Assembly (NCBI GenBank): GCA_964355645.1
Contig: CAYHDI010000001.1
Coordinates: forward strand, 28,778 to 92,777
Source: an uncultured Candidatus Saccharibacteria bacterium
GTDB taxonomy: Bacteria > Patescibacteriota > Minisyncoccia > Phycocordibacterales > Zambryskibacteraceae
Direction of reading: 5' to 3'
DNA length: 64,000 nt
In this document: one piece after another, positions 63,753 through 64,000 of the stretch
How positions within the stretch are numbered: position 1 is the first letter of the stretch
Layout: each line of letters starts with the position of its first letter
Position numbers and translations under genes: made by a program
The notes under the pieces: generated by a model
Seen by the model: the letters and a program-made list of their open reading frames with translations, nothing else
What the model was told of the DNA's origin: nothing
Databases searched by the model: none

Positions 63753-64000
63753 TTATTTATAAAATATTTTAGAAATCTTTTGTCCGGTAAGAGCTCTAAC
63801 TCGAGCAAGAATTTCTTGTTCGTGGAGACGAATTTCATTTTTTTTAATCGGCGAGGAATTTATTTCTAAAACAAATTCTTTGATATTTATTTCTTCCGGA
63901 GAAAGATTGATTCCAGCGACAGAATCAATCGCAGAGATAACCGACTCTTTGGCCAAAACATTTCTACCGATAGATTTTCTAAACCGGCCGAGGAGAGATT
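63753..64000 (-). CDS. hypothetical protein, 5' end beyond window
   Basis: reading frame continues open to window edge; ORF-track M at 63956 is TTG. Confidence 0.35.
   Translation of the reverse strand, partial: SLLGRFRKSIGRNVLAKESVISAIDSVAGINLSPEEINIKEFVLEINSSPIKKNEIRLHEQEILARVRALTGQKISKIFYK

Noticed and set aside
1-64000. CRISPR arrays
   Set aside because: No regularly spaced short direct repeats with unique spacers. The recurring repeats are palindromic singletons or pairs, not arrays. The Cas2-like fold at 350-916 is a PaaX-type regulator context without cas genes.

Overview
This 64-kb window is low-GC bacterial chromosome with dense, short housekeeping genes (consistent with a reduced, CPR/Patescibacteria-like genome; inference only). 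Nearly all genes from 350 to 40741 are on the minus strand.

Recognisable core genes:
- Ribosomal proteins: rpsF-ssb-rpsR, secE-nusG-rplK, rplS, rpsT, plus efp.
- Seven aminoacyl-tRNA-related genes: metG, glyQS, ileS, argS, tyrS, a stand-alone tRNA-binding-domain protein, and tsaE.
- DNA repair/recombination: recO, ruvA/B/C/X, polA, fpg.
- Envelope: a class A PBP, MurE-like ligase, a PilB ATPase.
- A CsoR/CopA copper-homeostasis cluster with redoxin, CcdA-like and HMA-domain partners.
- Eight tRNAs: His, Leu(GAG), Val, Leu(CAG), Arg(TCT), Ser, Arg(GCG), Lys.

Accessory content stands out against this background:
1. Two diversity-generating retroelements (DGRs).
   - DGR1 (26064-28524) is complete: an RT with the IGxxxSQ and YxDD motifs, an Avd-like gene, and a TR/VR pair with an adenine-specific mismatch pattern.
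   - DGR2 (51276-53143) has its own TR/VR and Avd-like gene but only a degenerate RT remnant.
   - The Avd-like gene is antisense to the RT in both loci. Both also share a (C)11 tract at the avd 5' end and a conserved motif plus GC hairpin downstream of the VR. Both target genes are GC-rich.
2. At least four families of short perfect or near-perfect palindromes recur at unrelated loci. Each time they lie in frame inside conserved genes and add short peptides: SQPSPxQGEG in ileS and argS, NPPAGG in fpg, ruvA and ruvB, GQHRVLA in metG and rluA, TASGG in the PduO-type adenosyltransferase (ATR) gene. Some copies are intergenic hairpins. This resembles Rickettsia palindromic elements.
3. ileS carries a ~190-aa histidine-phosphatase (RHG...SHG) domain insertion.
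4. A ~105-nt duplication of the efp 5' end brackets a two-gene surface-protein cassette.
5. A PaaX-like gene is precisely bracketed by 36-bp direct repeats.
6. Three small GC-rich minus-strand ORFs each have their own intrinsic terminator.
7. A 74-nt element is repeated at 93% identity.
8. Homing-endonuclease-like genes (LAGLIDADG, HNH) sit next to tRNA genes.
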